A stretch of 24,000 nucleotides of DNA from Christensenellaceae bacterium (lineage in GTDB: Bacteria; Bacillota; Clostridia; Christensenellales; Borkfalkiaceae), in NCBI GenBank assembly GCA_045651185.1, contig JAZRRZ010000021.1, positions 57,464 to 81,463 on the forward strand, read 5' to 3'. The notes beneath the pieces were generated by a model, which worked only from the letters and a program-made list of their open reading frames with translations, was not told the origin of the DNA and did no database searches. Positions 1-8,014 of this stretch are shown piece by piece; the stretch's first letter is position 1, and each line of letters begins with the position of its first letter. A program made the position numbers and the translations under genes.

Positions 1-421
1 CCATTATAACTTCTTCAACATTACCACTTGAAATACGGCTAAGCAAACCTTTTATATTAATGTCATTTGGTCCAATTCCATCAATTGGCGAAATAGTGCC
101 ATGTAAAACGTGATACACGCCATTAAACTCATTAAGTTTTTCAATTGCAACAACGTCTTTTGGGTCTTTTACAACGCAAATGGTTTTATCCGAGCGACTC
201 TTGCAAATATCGCAAATTTCGCCTTCAGAAAAATTACCACAAATTGTGCAATAACGCACATTTTTCTTTACGTTCAAAATCGCTTCAGCAAATTCCTTTG
301 CTTGTTCGTTTGTCATATTAACAACCTTATATGCAAAACGTTGCGCTGTTTTTGCGCCTACACCTGGCAATTTAGAAAATTCGTTTATAAGCCTACCTAT
401 AGGCTCTATATAAACTTTCAT
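1..421 (-). CDS. recR: Recombination protein RecR (3-prime end cut by window edge)
   Basis: Absent from the ORF track because it runs off the window. Reverse complement from ATG at 421-419 reads MKVYIEPIGRLINEFSKLPGVGAKTAQRFAYKVVNMTNEQ..., with the RecR HhH (LPGVGxKTAxR) and zinc finger YCTICGNFSEGEICDIC. Canonical dnaX-ybaB-recR order. Confidence 0.85.
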   Translation of the reverse strand, partial: MKVYIEPIGRLINEFSKLPGVGAKTAQRFAYKVVNMTNEQAKEFAEAILNVKKNVRYCTICGNFSEGEICDICKSRSDKTICVVKDPKDVVAIEKLNEFNGVYHVLHGTISPIDGIGPNDINIKGLLSRISSGNVEEVIM

Positions 422-422
422 C

Positions 423-752
423 TTATAGACCTAAGCCCCCAAACGCACCCATTTTTTCAGAATATACTTCATCAGCCTTGTCATATGCATCATTTAGGGC
501 TGCCACGATAAGGTCTTCAAGCATTGTCAAGTCATCCATATCAACAGCATCAGGTTTGATTGTTATACCTGTCACAACCTTTTTTGCTGTCATTGTCACA
601 CTAACTAATCCACCACCAGCGCTACCATCAACTTCTAATTCTTCAAGTTCGGCTTGGGCTTTTTGCATTTCTTCTTGCATTTTTTGTGCTTGACGCATTA
701 AGTTTTGCATTTGATTGCCTCCACCAAATCCTCCAAATCCACCTCTATACAT
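423..752 (-). CDS. ybaB: YbaB/EbfC family nucleoid-associated protein
   Basis: 109 aa with a Gly-rich N-terminus then a helical QKMQEEMQKAQAELEE segment and a ...VEVDGSAGGGLVSVTMTAKKVVTGITIKPD... core typical of YbaB/EbfC. Sits between dnaX and recR. Confidence 0.85.
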   Translation of the reverse strand: MYRGGFGGFGGGNQMQNLMRQAQKMQEEMQKAQAELEELEVDGSAGGGLVSVTMTAKKVVTGITIKPDAVDMDDLTMLEDLIVAALNDAYDKADEVYSEKMGAFGGLGL

Positions 753-766
753 TTTAGTTCTCCTTT

Positions 767-2338
767 TTATTTAATAATTACTATATCTTCGCCAAAAATA
801 TCTTTTAGCCTTTTTGCTTCTTCATCAACAGCATCAAGAGTTTTTTCTTTTTCATCAAGTGCAACTTGAATTTCAAATGCAGAAAACTCTTTTAATGCTT
901 GTTCAATTGTTTCTTTTGTAGTTGTTCTATCCAAAAGTTCGTGGTCACCATCATTAAACGCTGTTATAGTTAAGATGTTCCCTTTCACTTTAACGTCCAC
1001 GCCTTGAATCAAGTTCCAAAGCATTTCACTGCCAATTTTTCTTAAATTAAGTAGCAGCTTGCCTTTCACATCACTATCACTAAGTGAACTAAGTCTTATT
1101 TTTTCTTGCAGAGGACTTTCAACCTGATTTATTTTAAGTGTTTTAGAAACTTTGTCTATTTCTTCTTGTTTAACATCTGTAAATGCTTTATTTTTAATAT
1201 CATTTTCTAATTTAGTAATTCTTGCAAGTAAAGCATCTATATTATAATCACTCTCAGGTTTAGTTGCTTTAATTGAAGCCGTTTCAAAAACAATTCTTGC
1301 ATGGTTTGAATATCTAAGAGAATTTTCACTTTCAGCAAAAATTTCTAAAATTCTGAGAAATCTTTGTTCACTTGCTTTTTGTGAAAGATTAGATAATGTT
1401 TCAAATTTTTCTATAGGTAGAGCCAACATATCATTTGCATTATTGCATGTTTTTACTACAATTATGTCTCTAATAATAGATGTAATATCTTTAATTAATA
1501 CACCTATGCTTTTACCGAGCGAGTAAAGCAAATCTATGGTCTTTAAAACATTACCAGCATTTCCAGTAATAATATCATCTATAAACTCATATAGAATTTG
1601 AGAATTAGAAGAACCTAATATATTCATCACATCATCATACATTAAAGTTTTATCATTATATGAAAGCGCAATATCGGCAATAGACAAAGCGTCACGAATA
1701 CTACCTTCACCAGCCTTGGCAATAGCCATTACTGCTTCTTTTTGATATTTTTTGCCTTGTTCATCATATATTTTTTCAATTAGCGGCACAATTTGATGGT
1801 CTGAAATCAACTTAAAATCAAAACGCATACAACGAGAAAGTATTGTCGCAGGAATTTTATGAACTTCAGTTGTTGCCAAAATGAACACGGCGTGCTTTGG
1901 TGGTTCTTCAAGAGTTTTCAAAAGTGCATTAAACGCAGGACCTGTAAGCATATGCACTTCATCAATTATATATACCTTATACTTACAAGAAACGGGTGGA
2001 AATTGCACGTTTTCACGCAATTCTCTAATTTCATTTACACCATTATTTGATGCAGCATCAATTTCAATAATATCTATATTAGATGGGTCTGCAATTGCTT
2101 TACAACTAGCACACTCACCACAAGGTGAACCATTTTTATTATCCAAACAGTTTATTGCCTTAGCAAAAATTTTGGCAGCAGAAGTTTTACCCGTTCCACG
2201 AGTGCCTGTAAATAAATATGCGTGACCAAGTCTACCACTTGTAATTTGATTAACAAGTGTTTTAACAACGTGTTCTTGACCTATTAAGCCTTCAAAAGTA
2301 TTTGGTCTATACTTTCTATATAGCGCTAAATATCCCAT
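767..2338 (-). CDS. dnaX: DNA polymerase III subunit gamma/tau
   Basis: Walker A GTRGTGKTS, zinc module CGECASCK, Walker B IIDEVHML, sensor ILSRCMRF; 523 aa; SD AGGATAAG upstream of the ATG. Confidence 0.92.
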   Translation of the reverse strand: MGYLALYRKYRPNTFEGLIGQEHVVKTLVNQITSGRLGHAYLFTGTRGTGKTSAAKIFAKAINCLDNKNGSPCGECASCKAIADPSNIDIIEIDAASNNGVNEIRELRENVQFPPVSCKYKVYIIDEVHMLTGPAFNALLKTLEEPPKHAVFILATTEVHKIPATILSRCMRFDFKLISDHQIVPLIEKIYDEQGKKYQKEAVMAIAKAGEGSIRDALSIADIALSYNDKTLMYDDVMNILGSSNSQILYEFIDDIITGNAGNVLKTIDLLYSLGKSIGVLIKDITSIIRDIIVVKTCNNANDMLALPIEKFETLSNLSQKASEQRFLRILEIFAESENSLRYSNHARIVFETASIKATKPESDYNIDALLARITKLENDIKNKAFTDVKQEEIDKVSKTLKINQVESPLQEKIRLSSLSDSDVKGKLLLNLRKIGSEMLWNLIQGVDVKVKGNILTITAFNDGDHELLDRTTTKETIEQALKEFSAFEIQVALDEKEKTLDAVDEEAKRLKDIFGEDIVIIK

Positions 2339-2346
2339 ATCTTATC

Positions 2347-2955
2347 CTAACCTTTGCTATTTAATGCCAAAATAATTTTTTTTCTTATTCGCTGAATTGC
2401 GTTATCAATAGCCTTTTCTTTTTTGCCTACTTTTTCACTAATCTCTCTATATGAATAGCCTTTTAAATAGTAAACTAATATATCATATTCAAACTTACTA
2501 AGCACTTTATTAATTGTGCTTTTTAGTTCATTTTCTGCTTCTGCATTAATATAAATTTCTTCTGGCCCAAAATGTTTATCAACTATAATTTCAGTCTTAT
2601 CGGCATCATTTTCATTATCGATACTTCCTGATAAAGATAAGTAATTATTTAATGGAAGATTTTTATATCTATTTGAACTTTTAATTACGTTAAAAATCCT
2701 GTTCTTTACGCAAGTATAAACATAGGTTTTAAAACTCGATTTAGCATTAAAAGAAGTTATTGCCTTAAACACAGCAAATAAACCTTCTTGCAACAAATCT
2801 TCAGAATCGCCACCATTTAGAAAATACGAGTGAGCAACTGCTGATGCGATATATTTATATCTTTCAAAAAGTTCGTCAATTGCATTTTCATCTTTTAACT
2901 GCGCAAGGTCAACAAGCCTTTCATCACTTAACTGTTTGATTTCTAACTTATTCAT
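2347..2955 (-). CDS. sigH: RNA polymerase sporulation sigma factor SigH
   Basis: Colinear with B. subtilis SigH as I remember it: SYFLxGxDxEDxxQEG, ...KNLPLNNYLSL..., PEE..IN, C-terminal YYLKGYSYREIS...KAIDNAIQRIRKK. Follows mrnC-rlmB as in Bacillus. Confidence 0.82.
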   Translation of the reverse strand: MNKLEIKQLSDERLVDLAQLKDENAIDELFERYKYIASAVAHSYFLNGGDSEDLLQEGLFAVFKAITSFNAKSSFKTYVYTCVKNRIFNVIKSSNRYKNLPLNNYLSLSGSIDNENDADKTEIIVDKHFGPEEIYINAEAENELKSTINKVLSKFEYDILVYYLKGYSYREISEKVGKKEKAIDNAIQRIRKKIILALNSKG

Positions 2956-3679
2956 TACCCTTTTCCAATCTTTGTCTTATCACTTCATAAACAGAAATGC
3001 CACAGGCAACTGATGCGTTTAAAGAGTTAACTTTACCATACATTGGAATTGAAATAATGCCATCACACTTTTCTTTTGTCAATCTCTTAACACCACTATC
3101 TTCGCCACCGATAACTAAGCAAATTTTACCTGTAAGGTTTGCTTTATAAATACTTTCTCCACCAAGTTCGGCACCATACACCCAAAAGCCATAATCTTTA
3201 AGCGTATCTATTGCAGTATTGATGTTTGTCACCTTAGCCACCATTAAATGATTAAGTGCACCTGCTGATATACGCATAACTGTGTCACTAACAGAGGCAC
3301 TTCTATCCTTGCCAATAATCAAGCCTTGCGCACCTGCACACTCTAACACCCTAATAATGCTACCTAAATTATGTGGGTCGTGAATTTCGTTTAGAATAAC
3401 AACCAAAGCATTTTCTTCTGTTGCGCTGTTAATAATATCGTCAAGGTCAAAATATTTATAGTCTGAAACATACGCTATAAAACCTTGATGGCGCTTGCTT
3501 TCGCTTTCTTTTTCAATAACATATTTGTCCACTAATTGAACTTTAACTTTATGTGAACGGATAATGTTGACAAGTCTTTTACTTGGCTCATCTTTCAAAT
3601 CTTTTTGAACTAAAATTTTATCTATTTCTTTATCTGTTTTTAATAATTCATATACTGAATTTCTTCCTTCAACCTTCAT
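2948..3679 (-). CDS. rlmB: 23S rRNA (guanosine-2'-O)-methyltransferase RlmB (SpoU/TrmH family)
   Basis: SpoU motifs NLGSIIRVLECAG, LVIGGEDSGV, IPMYGKVNSLNASVA. Overlaps mrnC by 11 nt and sigH by 8 nt. Confidence 0.85.
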   Translation of the reverse strand: MKVEGRNSVYELLKTDKEIDKILVQKDLKDEPSKRLVNIIRSHKVKVQLVDKYVIEKESESKRHQGFIAYVSDYKYFDLDDIINSATEENALVVILNEIHDPHNLGSIIRVLECAGAQGLIIGKDRSASVSDTVMRISAGALNHLMVAKVTNINTAIDTLKDYGFWVYGAELGGESIYKANLTGKICLVIGGEDSGVKRLTKEKCDGIISIPMYGKVNSLNASVACGISVYEVIRQRLEKGNE

Positions 3680-4073
3680 TTGTCTTACCTTCGTTTAATA
3701 AAAAATTTAATCTATCATTTTGACCTATCAAATACAAATACCCCAAAACCGCCTCAAATCCTGTTGCAATATTATATTCGCTAACAGTGGCATGTTTTGC
3801 TTTTGTTGGTTTTTTAGCATTTCTTGCTCGTTTAAAAATGGATAATTCATCTTCATCAAATAGTGGCAAAATATTTTTTAAAAACTCTGCCTGTGCAACT
3901 GCATTAACCTCAGCAGTTGCCTTAGCGTTAAGTTCGCCAGTTTTGCAGTCTGATATAAACGTCAGCCTCTCCCTAACAAACAGCGAATACACTGCGTCAC
4001 CCACAAATGCAAGCACTATTGGATTAAGGTTTTTAGCCTTGTTTTTATCCATAATTTCGCCAAGTTTAAACAC
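3669..4073 (-). CDS. mrnC: Mini-ribonuclease 3
   Basis: LAFVGDAVYSLFVRE and GFEAVLGYLYL RNase III-like signatures; ~130 aa; GTG start at 4073 with GGAG 8 nt upstream (ATG at 4052 is an alternative). Confidence 0.8.
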   Translation of the reverse strand: MFKLGEIMDKNKAKNLNPIVLAFVGDAVYSLFVRERLTFISDCKTGELNAKATAEVNAVAQAEFLKNILPLFDEDELSIFKRARNAKKPTKAKHATVSEYNIATGFEAVLGYLYLIGQNDRLNFLLNEGKTNEG

Positions 4074-4130
4074 TTTAATTGCTCCAAATAGTATTTATAA
4101 TCATTATACAATATTTTTGCCAAAAACACA

Positions 4131-4160
4131 ATAAAAAAGCCCGAATTTTTATATTCGAGC
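4131..4160 (-). terminator. Rho-independent terminator after cwlD
   Basis: Minus-strand RNA GCUCGAAU-AUAAAA-AUUCGGGC (8-bp stem with one G-U pair) followed by UUUUUUAUU, 8 nt after the cwlD stop. Confidence 0.7.
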
Positions 4161-4167
4161 AAAATAT

Positions 4168-4890
4168 TTATTGGTTATATATAAATGTTGTCTGTGCAAG
4201 ATACAATGAAATTCCCTTAAATATATTGTACGCTAGACTTTCTTGATATTGTTCACTAATTAAAAGTGCCTCATCATCGGCATTTGAAAGAAAACCACAC
4301 TCTGCTATTATTGATGGATATTTAGTGCAATTAACTATATAATAATCTCCGGCCAGTGCCGAACTTTCTCTAACGGCTTCTGCCATTTCATTAAAACTTT
4401 GTTGAACACACTCTGCAAGCAGTTTACTATTTTCATTGTCTTTGTTATAAAATGCTTGCGCACCACGGCGTGTAGAAAGTGTGTATTGATTCATATGAAT
4501 GCTAACAACAAGTGTAGGTTCAACCTTTTTGATTATATCTCTGCGCTTTTCCATATCCTTGCGTTTTAAACTACTGCTAACAACACCATATAGCCCTGCT
4601 TCAGAATTTCGTGTCAAAAACACTGCCATACCCGCATCTGTTAAGTTTTTTTCTAACTTTTTTACAACTTTTAAGTTTAGTTCACTTTCCTTAATACCTG
4701 TGTTTACACCACAAACTCCACCATCAACTCCACCGTGCCCAGCATCTAAAACTATTTTAATTTTATTTGCATACGCACTCCCAACAGGATTTATTCTTAT
4801 TGCGCCGAAACACAGTATAAAGGTTAAAAATGTTATTAAAAGCACGCACACTATAACTATGTTTTTTCTTTTTAACACAAACATATACAC
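4168..4890 (-). CDS. cwlD: N-acetylmuramoyl-L-alanine amidase, CwlD-like (Amidase_3 with N-terminal membrane anchor)
   Basis: N-terminal TM (IVIVCVLLITFLTFILCF), then LDAGHGGVDGG, SIHMN and ECGFLSN motifs of Amidase_3. Size and layout resemble B. subtilis CwlD. The track start is GTG; the ATG two codons downstream (4884) is possible. Confidence 0.7.
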   Translation of the reverse strand: MYMFVLKRKNIVIVCVLLITFLTFILCFGAIRINPVGSAYANKIKIVLDAGHGGVDGGVCGVNTGIKESELNLKVVKKLEKNLTDAGMAVFLTRNSEAGLYGVVSSSLKRKDMEKRRDIIKKVEPTLVVSIHMNQYTLSTRRGAQAFYNKDNENSKLLAECVQQSFNEMAEAVRESSALAGDYYIVNCTKYPSIIAECGFLSNADDEALLISEQYQESLAYNIFKGISLYLAQTTFIYNQ

Positions 4891-4994
4891 CTAAATCAAA
4901 TTGCTAATATTTTTTAGCCGTTTACCTTTTATAAACATGCTTACATTATTTATACTAGCAAAAAACGACATTTATGTATTGCGAGCATATAATT

Positions 4995-5025
4995 AACAAA
5001 AAATATCCACCAGCACAACTGGTGG
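4995..5025 (-). terminator. Rho-independent terminator after the recombinase gene
   Basis: Perfect 7-bp stem CCACCAG/CUGGUGG (5007-5013 / 5019-5025), 5-nt loop, followed on the minus strand by AUAUUUUUUG. Confidence 0.75.
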
Positions 5026-5070
5026 AATAAATTTTAATTTGATTAATTTTTTTCTAAAACAACTAACGTT

Positions 5071-6828
5071 TCAACGTGTGTTGTCTTCGTCAGAATAGCA
5101 CAATTTCTCAAACTCGCCACTCTTAGAAGAAGACGATATCCCTTTAATTCCCGTTTTTTTATCAACTCTAACCTTTCTCGGACTTCTAAATTTTCGTCCA
5201 TTTAAGTCGTCCTTAAAACCAGTTTTATACACAAACGAGATTTTTTGAGGGTCCTTCGCACCGTTTTCGTCAAAACCACCAATAATAACCCTTTCTACAA
5301 TACTTTCAAAAACGGCTCTATCAAATTTAGTTAAGCCTTTATTCTCTAAAAGAACTTTTTTGAACTCAGCAATACGCTTTTCAATACTCTTTCTTGACGT
5401 ATCAGCTTGTTGTAGTTCTTCAAGCTGGAGTTTCAACTCTTCTATTTTAGCACATAATCCCAAGTTTTTCAACTCATATTCATCCTTTGTAATAGATTCA
5501 TCTAAACGCAAATCTAAAAGTTTATCTTTTCGCGCTAAAACGTCCCTGATTTCACGATTAACTTTTTCTATTTCTTTAACCACGCTATCGTCGGAAAGTT
5601 CGGCAGTAACCTTTGTCAAAAAGTCATTGAGAATTGATTCATTGTCTTGCATCAATCTTTGATAGGATTCAACGAATGCTCTTTCTATCAACTTTTCGTC
5701 TACGCCTTTGCTATCGGGACAAAACTTTCTTCCACCCTTTGTTGCTGTCACGCATTGCCATACTGATTTTTGATGAGGCGTTCCACTATGCCAACTCCTT
5801 CTTGAAAGAGTTTCACCGCAAAAACCACACTTTATCATACAACTGAACGAATATTTTCTTGTAAATGGCTCTCTCTTCGCTCCGTCAGGCGCAAGTCTTG
5901 GTCTTGAACGACGCTTTAATATTTCCTGCGCCATTTCCCAATCTTCTACTGAAATAATGGGTTCATGATGTTCAGACAAATAAAATTTATCCGACTCGCC
6001 CATATTTTCTAATCGCCTTTTGGATATTGGGTCAACTGTAAAGGTTTTTCCCATTAAAATATCACCTTTATACTTTTCGTTGGAAATAATTCCTGTAATA
6101 GTTGACTCTGGCCATGACAATAAACCGCGTTTGCTTTTATGCCCCATTTGGCGCAGTTCTTTAGCGATAATATGTCCACCAGCACCTTCAATATAACGTT
6201 TGAAAATGTATTTAACGATTTTCGCTTCTTCGTGGTTTATATGTATTGTTTTTGTTTCCTTGTCGTAATCATAACCCAAACAACCTTGAAACCCAATAAG
6301 TTCGCCACGTTGCATTTTCATCTTCAAACCTTTTTTAACGTTTGCAGAGATATTTTGCACTTCTTGCTGTGCCACCGAACTCAAAATTGTTAGCATCAAT
6401 TCGCCGTCCATTGTCAAAGTGTTTATATTTTCTTCTTCAAACTTAACGGCAATATTACGCTCTTTTAGCATTCTAACGTATTTTAAGGTATCCAAAGTAT
6501 TTCTTGCAAAACGAGAAATAGATTTAGTAATAATCATATCAATTTTGCCAGCAACACAATCTTGAATCATACGTTGAAAATCTTCACGCTTGTCAACTTG
6601 AGTTCCCGTGATAGCCTTATCTGCATAAATATCCACTAAATGCCAGTTAGGATTGCTTTTTACCATATCGGTATAGTAAAGCACTTGAGAACGATAACTA
6701 TCTAATTGCTCTTCATCATCAGTACTAACTCTACAATATGGCGCAACTCTTAATTTTTCACTAAGACCAACACCTTTGCTTCTATCAACAATTGTTGCTT
6801 TTGCTTTAATAACTTCTACTTGTTTCAT
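5071..6828 (-). CDS. Large serine recombinase (resolvase/invertase N-domain + recombinase domain + zinc ribbon + coiled coil)
   Basis: YCRVSTDDEEQLDSYRSQ (nucleophile Ser), ITKSISRFARN, Cys-rich CGFCGETL...WQC...FCP, coiled coil EELKLQLEELQQ. Start set at ATG 6828, which follows an AAAGGGGG SD; the track start at 6891 lies inside the promoter. Confidence 0.9.
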   Translation of the reverse strand: MKQVEVIKAKATIVDRSKGVGLSEKLRVAPYCRVSTDDEEQLDSYRSQVLYYTDMVKSNPNWHLVDIYADKAITGTQVDKREDFQRMIQDCVAGKIDMIITKSISRFARNTLDTLKYVRMLKERNIAVKFEEENINTLTMDGELMLTILSSVAQQEVQNISANVKKGLKMKMQRGELIGFQGCLGYDYDKETKTIHINHEEAKIVKYIFKRYIEGAGGHIIAKELRQMGHKSKRGLLSWPESTITGIISNEKYKGDILMGKTFTVDPISKRRLENMGESDKFYLSEHHEPIISVEDWEMAQEILKRRSRPRLAPDGAKREPFTRKYSFSCMIKCGFCGETLSRRSWHSGTPHQKSVWQCVTATKGGRKFCPDSKGVDEKLIERAFVESYQRLMQDNESILNDFLTKVTAELSDDSVVKEIEKVNREIRDVLARKDKLLDLRLDESITKDEYELKNLGLCAKIEELKLQLEELQQADTSRKSIEKRIAEFKKVLLENKGLTKFDRAVFESIVERVIIGGFDENGAKDPQKISFVYKTGFKDDLNGRKFRSPRKVRVDKKTGIKGISSSSKSGEFEKLCYSDEDNTR

Positions 6829-6862
6829 TATACCCCCTTTTCCGTATTCCTTATGTAGTGTT

Positions 6863-6891
6863 ATTATACAATAATATAAAAACATTGTCAA
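6863..6891 (-). promoter_or_regulatory. Consensus sigma-A promoter for the recombinase gene
   Basis: Minus strand TTGACA (6891-6886), a 17-nt spacer, then TATAAT (6868-6863). The -35 overlaps the TGA stop of the upstream small ORF. Confidence 0.7.
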
Positions 6892-7064
6892 TTCATAATA
6901 CTGGATATAATATGATATTCTTTCATTAATTTTCTCTTAACTTTGTCATACTCATTTTGCGAAATTAATTCTTTTTGCAAAAGTGTTGTAAGCATAGCAA
7001 GTTGCATACTATATTCCAACAACTTTTTATTGGACACAGTTGTCTTTTCTAATTTAACATCCAT
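6888..7064 (-). CDS. Small helical protein upstream of the recombinase (58 aa; SHOCT-like C-terminal motif; possible recombinase accessory factor)
   Basis: ATG at 7064 preceded by AAAGGAGGTG with 4-nt spacing (the track start at 7112 lacks an SD). Sequence MDVKLEKTT...LISQNEYDKVKRKLMKEY resembles the (L/I)IS/TxxEYexKKxxL short C-terminal motif. Function not established. Confidence 0.6.
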   Translation of the reverse strand: MDVKLEKTTVSNKKLLEYSMQLAMLTTLLQKELISQNEYDKVKRKLMKEYHIISSIMN

Positions 7065-7082
7065 TTTCACCTCCTTTGGACA

Positions 7083-7117
7083 TAAAAAATCCTTCTTGCT
7101 CGTCCTAAACAAGAAGG
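7083..7117 (-). terminator. Terminator-like hairpin in the leader of the small ORF
   Basis: Perfect 8-bp stem CCUUCUUG/CAAGAAGG (7117-7110 / 7098-7091), 11-nt loop, then AUUUUUUAU on the minus strand. Ends ~13 nt before the SD of the 6888-7064 ORF. Confidence 0.6.
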
Positions 7118-7145
7118 CGTTTCAAAATATTATTTAATTGTTTAA

Positions 7146-7182
7146 GTTAAAGAAAATGCCGCCTCGCTTTCGCTCGGCGGCA
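7146..7182 (-). terminator. GC-rich rho-independent terminator
   Basis: UGCCGCC/GGCGGCA 7-bp GC stem (7157-7163 / 7176-7182), extendable by GC after a 2-nt internal loop, followed on the minus strand by AUUUUCUUUAAC. Confidence 0.65.
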
Positions 7183-7385
7183 TAAATTGATACACAAAAA
7201 AAGCACCTAAATTTTTCTTAAACTTATAGCATTATAAAATTAAAGAAAGATAAAGACTGCCCCAAAATGCGCTTATATAATACTGATTTTATTGTTTCTC
7301 ACATTTCCCCATACCGACATCATTGCATCGTTTTACAGCCAAATTAAAGGTTTATAAAACTATTAGAATAACAGTCTTATTATTA

Positions 7386-7496
7386 CTAAATATTTATTAC
7401 CCATCGCCTCTCATCACTCGTTTTCTTGCCCATATAAAACATAAGTATGCTCTTAAGAATCTCTTCAAAAGTGTGTATATGCAAATCTTGTTTCAT
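7386..7496 (-). CDS. Hypothetical 36-codon ORF (MKQDLHIHTFEEILKSILMFYMGKKTSDERRWVINI)
   Basis: Below the ORF-track cutoff. ATG at 7496 lies directly after GAGGTGGC and downstream of a good promoter. No recognisable domain; may be a gene remnant or non-coding. Confidence 0.2.
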   Translation of the reverse strand: MKQDLHIHTFEEILKSILMFYMGKKTSDERRWVINI

Positions 7497-7525
7497 GCCA
7501 CCTCACATTCGTTCGGTGGCAACTC

Positions 7526-7554
7526 ATTATAGCCACTCACGCAATTTGCTGCAA
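7526..7554 (-). promoter_or_regulatory. Sigma-A-type promoter
   Basis: Minus strand TTGCAG (7554-7549), a 17-nt spacer, then TATAAT (7531-7526). Confidence 0.55.
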
Positions 7555-7650
7555 TGATGATTTTCGAATAGCTTTTACTCTCTTCGCCGATTTTTGAAGA
7601 AGTTGAAATCAAAATCATTAGGAAATATAAAGAGTTTTATCACTTCACAT

Positions 7651-7695
7651 GATACCCCAACTTTTTTTGCAAAAATTTCCAATTTTGGGGGTATC
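7651..7695. repeat. Nested inverted repeat
   Basis: Outer arms GATACCCC / GGGGTATC (perfect 8 bp, extendable through AT pairs around one extra G at 7686). Inner perfect 12-bp palindrome TTTTTGCAAAAA (7664-7675). TTGACA 5 nt downstream (7700-7705). Confidence 0.6.
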
Positions 7696-7869
7696 GATTT
7701 TGACAATTTTCCCCGTAAAATTTCCACTTTTTTCACCATTTTTATTTAGCAAAAAACGCCATCAAAATCTTCTTCCTAAAAGCCTATTAAATTTATTATT
7801 CTTTACCACTTCACTTCATTTTTTATCCTCCATTTCGTTAAATATATATTTCTTTTGAAAGTTTAATTT

Positions 7870-7906
7870 AAAAAATAAAAAAGCCCAGATTAAAATTTTC
7901 AGAGCT
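7870..7906 (-). terminator. Rho-independent terminator
   Basis: Minus-strand RNA AGCUCUGA-AAAUUUUAA-UCUGGGCU (8 positions: 7 pairs including one G-U, plus 1 mismatch) followed by UUUUUUAUUUUUU. Confidence 0.6.
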
Positions 7907-8014
7907 TTTATAGATTACCTTTCGGCTGTTCAGTTAAAAATTTTGTTCTATGTCCCGTGCACATATAAATATATAATATTCTACACAACTTCAGCTCCTT
8001 TTGCTTTTTTGCAA

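Noticed and set aside
110-511. Plus-strand ORFs overlapping minus-strand genes (110-511, 1881-2225, 3787-4134, 4499-4894, 5360-5662, 10463-10774, 13124-13555, 19529-19897 and smaller ones)
   Set aside because: Each is antisense to a gene with clear domain motifs. Their translations are low-complexity (F/L/S/I/C-rich), with no SD and no recognisable domains.
1741-1760. Possible programmed frameshift site in dnaX (A-run, ...GGC AAA AAA TAT...)
   Set aside because: It is not the A AAA AAG heptamer used in E. coli. I saw no downstream stem-loop, and no -1 frame stop at an appropriate position. Firmicute dnaX is not known to frameshift.
5029-5050. Similarity between 5029-5050 (aaattttaatttgattaattttt) and the sRNA-candidate region 8059-8078 (gaattgattaaaattttt)
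   Set aside because: The shared core is only TTGATTAA plus T-runs, which is expected by chance at this AT content.
4891-5070. Search for direct repeats or att-like matches between the left (4891-5070) and right (19253-19611) island flanks
   Set aside because: Only short AT-rich coincidences were seen by eye. Serine-recombinase att sites cannot be called without comparison to an empty site, so no att feature is reported.
7811-7831. Strong SD (GGAGG) 7 nt upstream of a mini-ORF ATG AAG TGA on the minus strand
   Set aside because: A two-codon ORF could be a start-stop regulatory element, but there is no adjacent downstream gene to regulate. A chance occurrence cannot be excluded.
7323-7858. 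Two 69-aa plus-strand ORFs (7323-7532, 7649-7858) in the ORF-poor region
   Set aside because: They read the T-rich strand and give F/L/S/P-rich low-complexity peptides. They have no SD and run across hairpins and promoter-like elements, so they are most likely chance ORFs.
7930-8006. AAGGAG followed by a TTG-initiated 26-codon ORF (MCRILYIYMCTGHRTKFLTEQPKGNL) just after the 8021-8051 terminator
   Set aside because: It has a non-ATG start and no recognisable features. It lies between two terminators with no promoter of its own.
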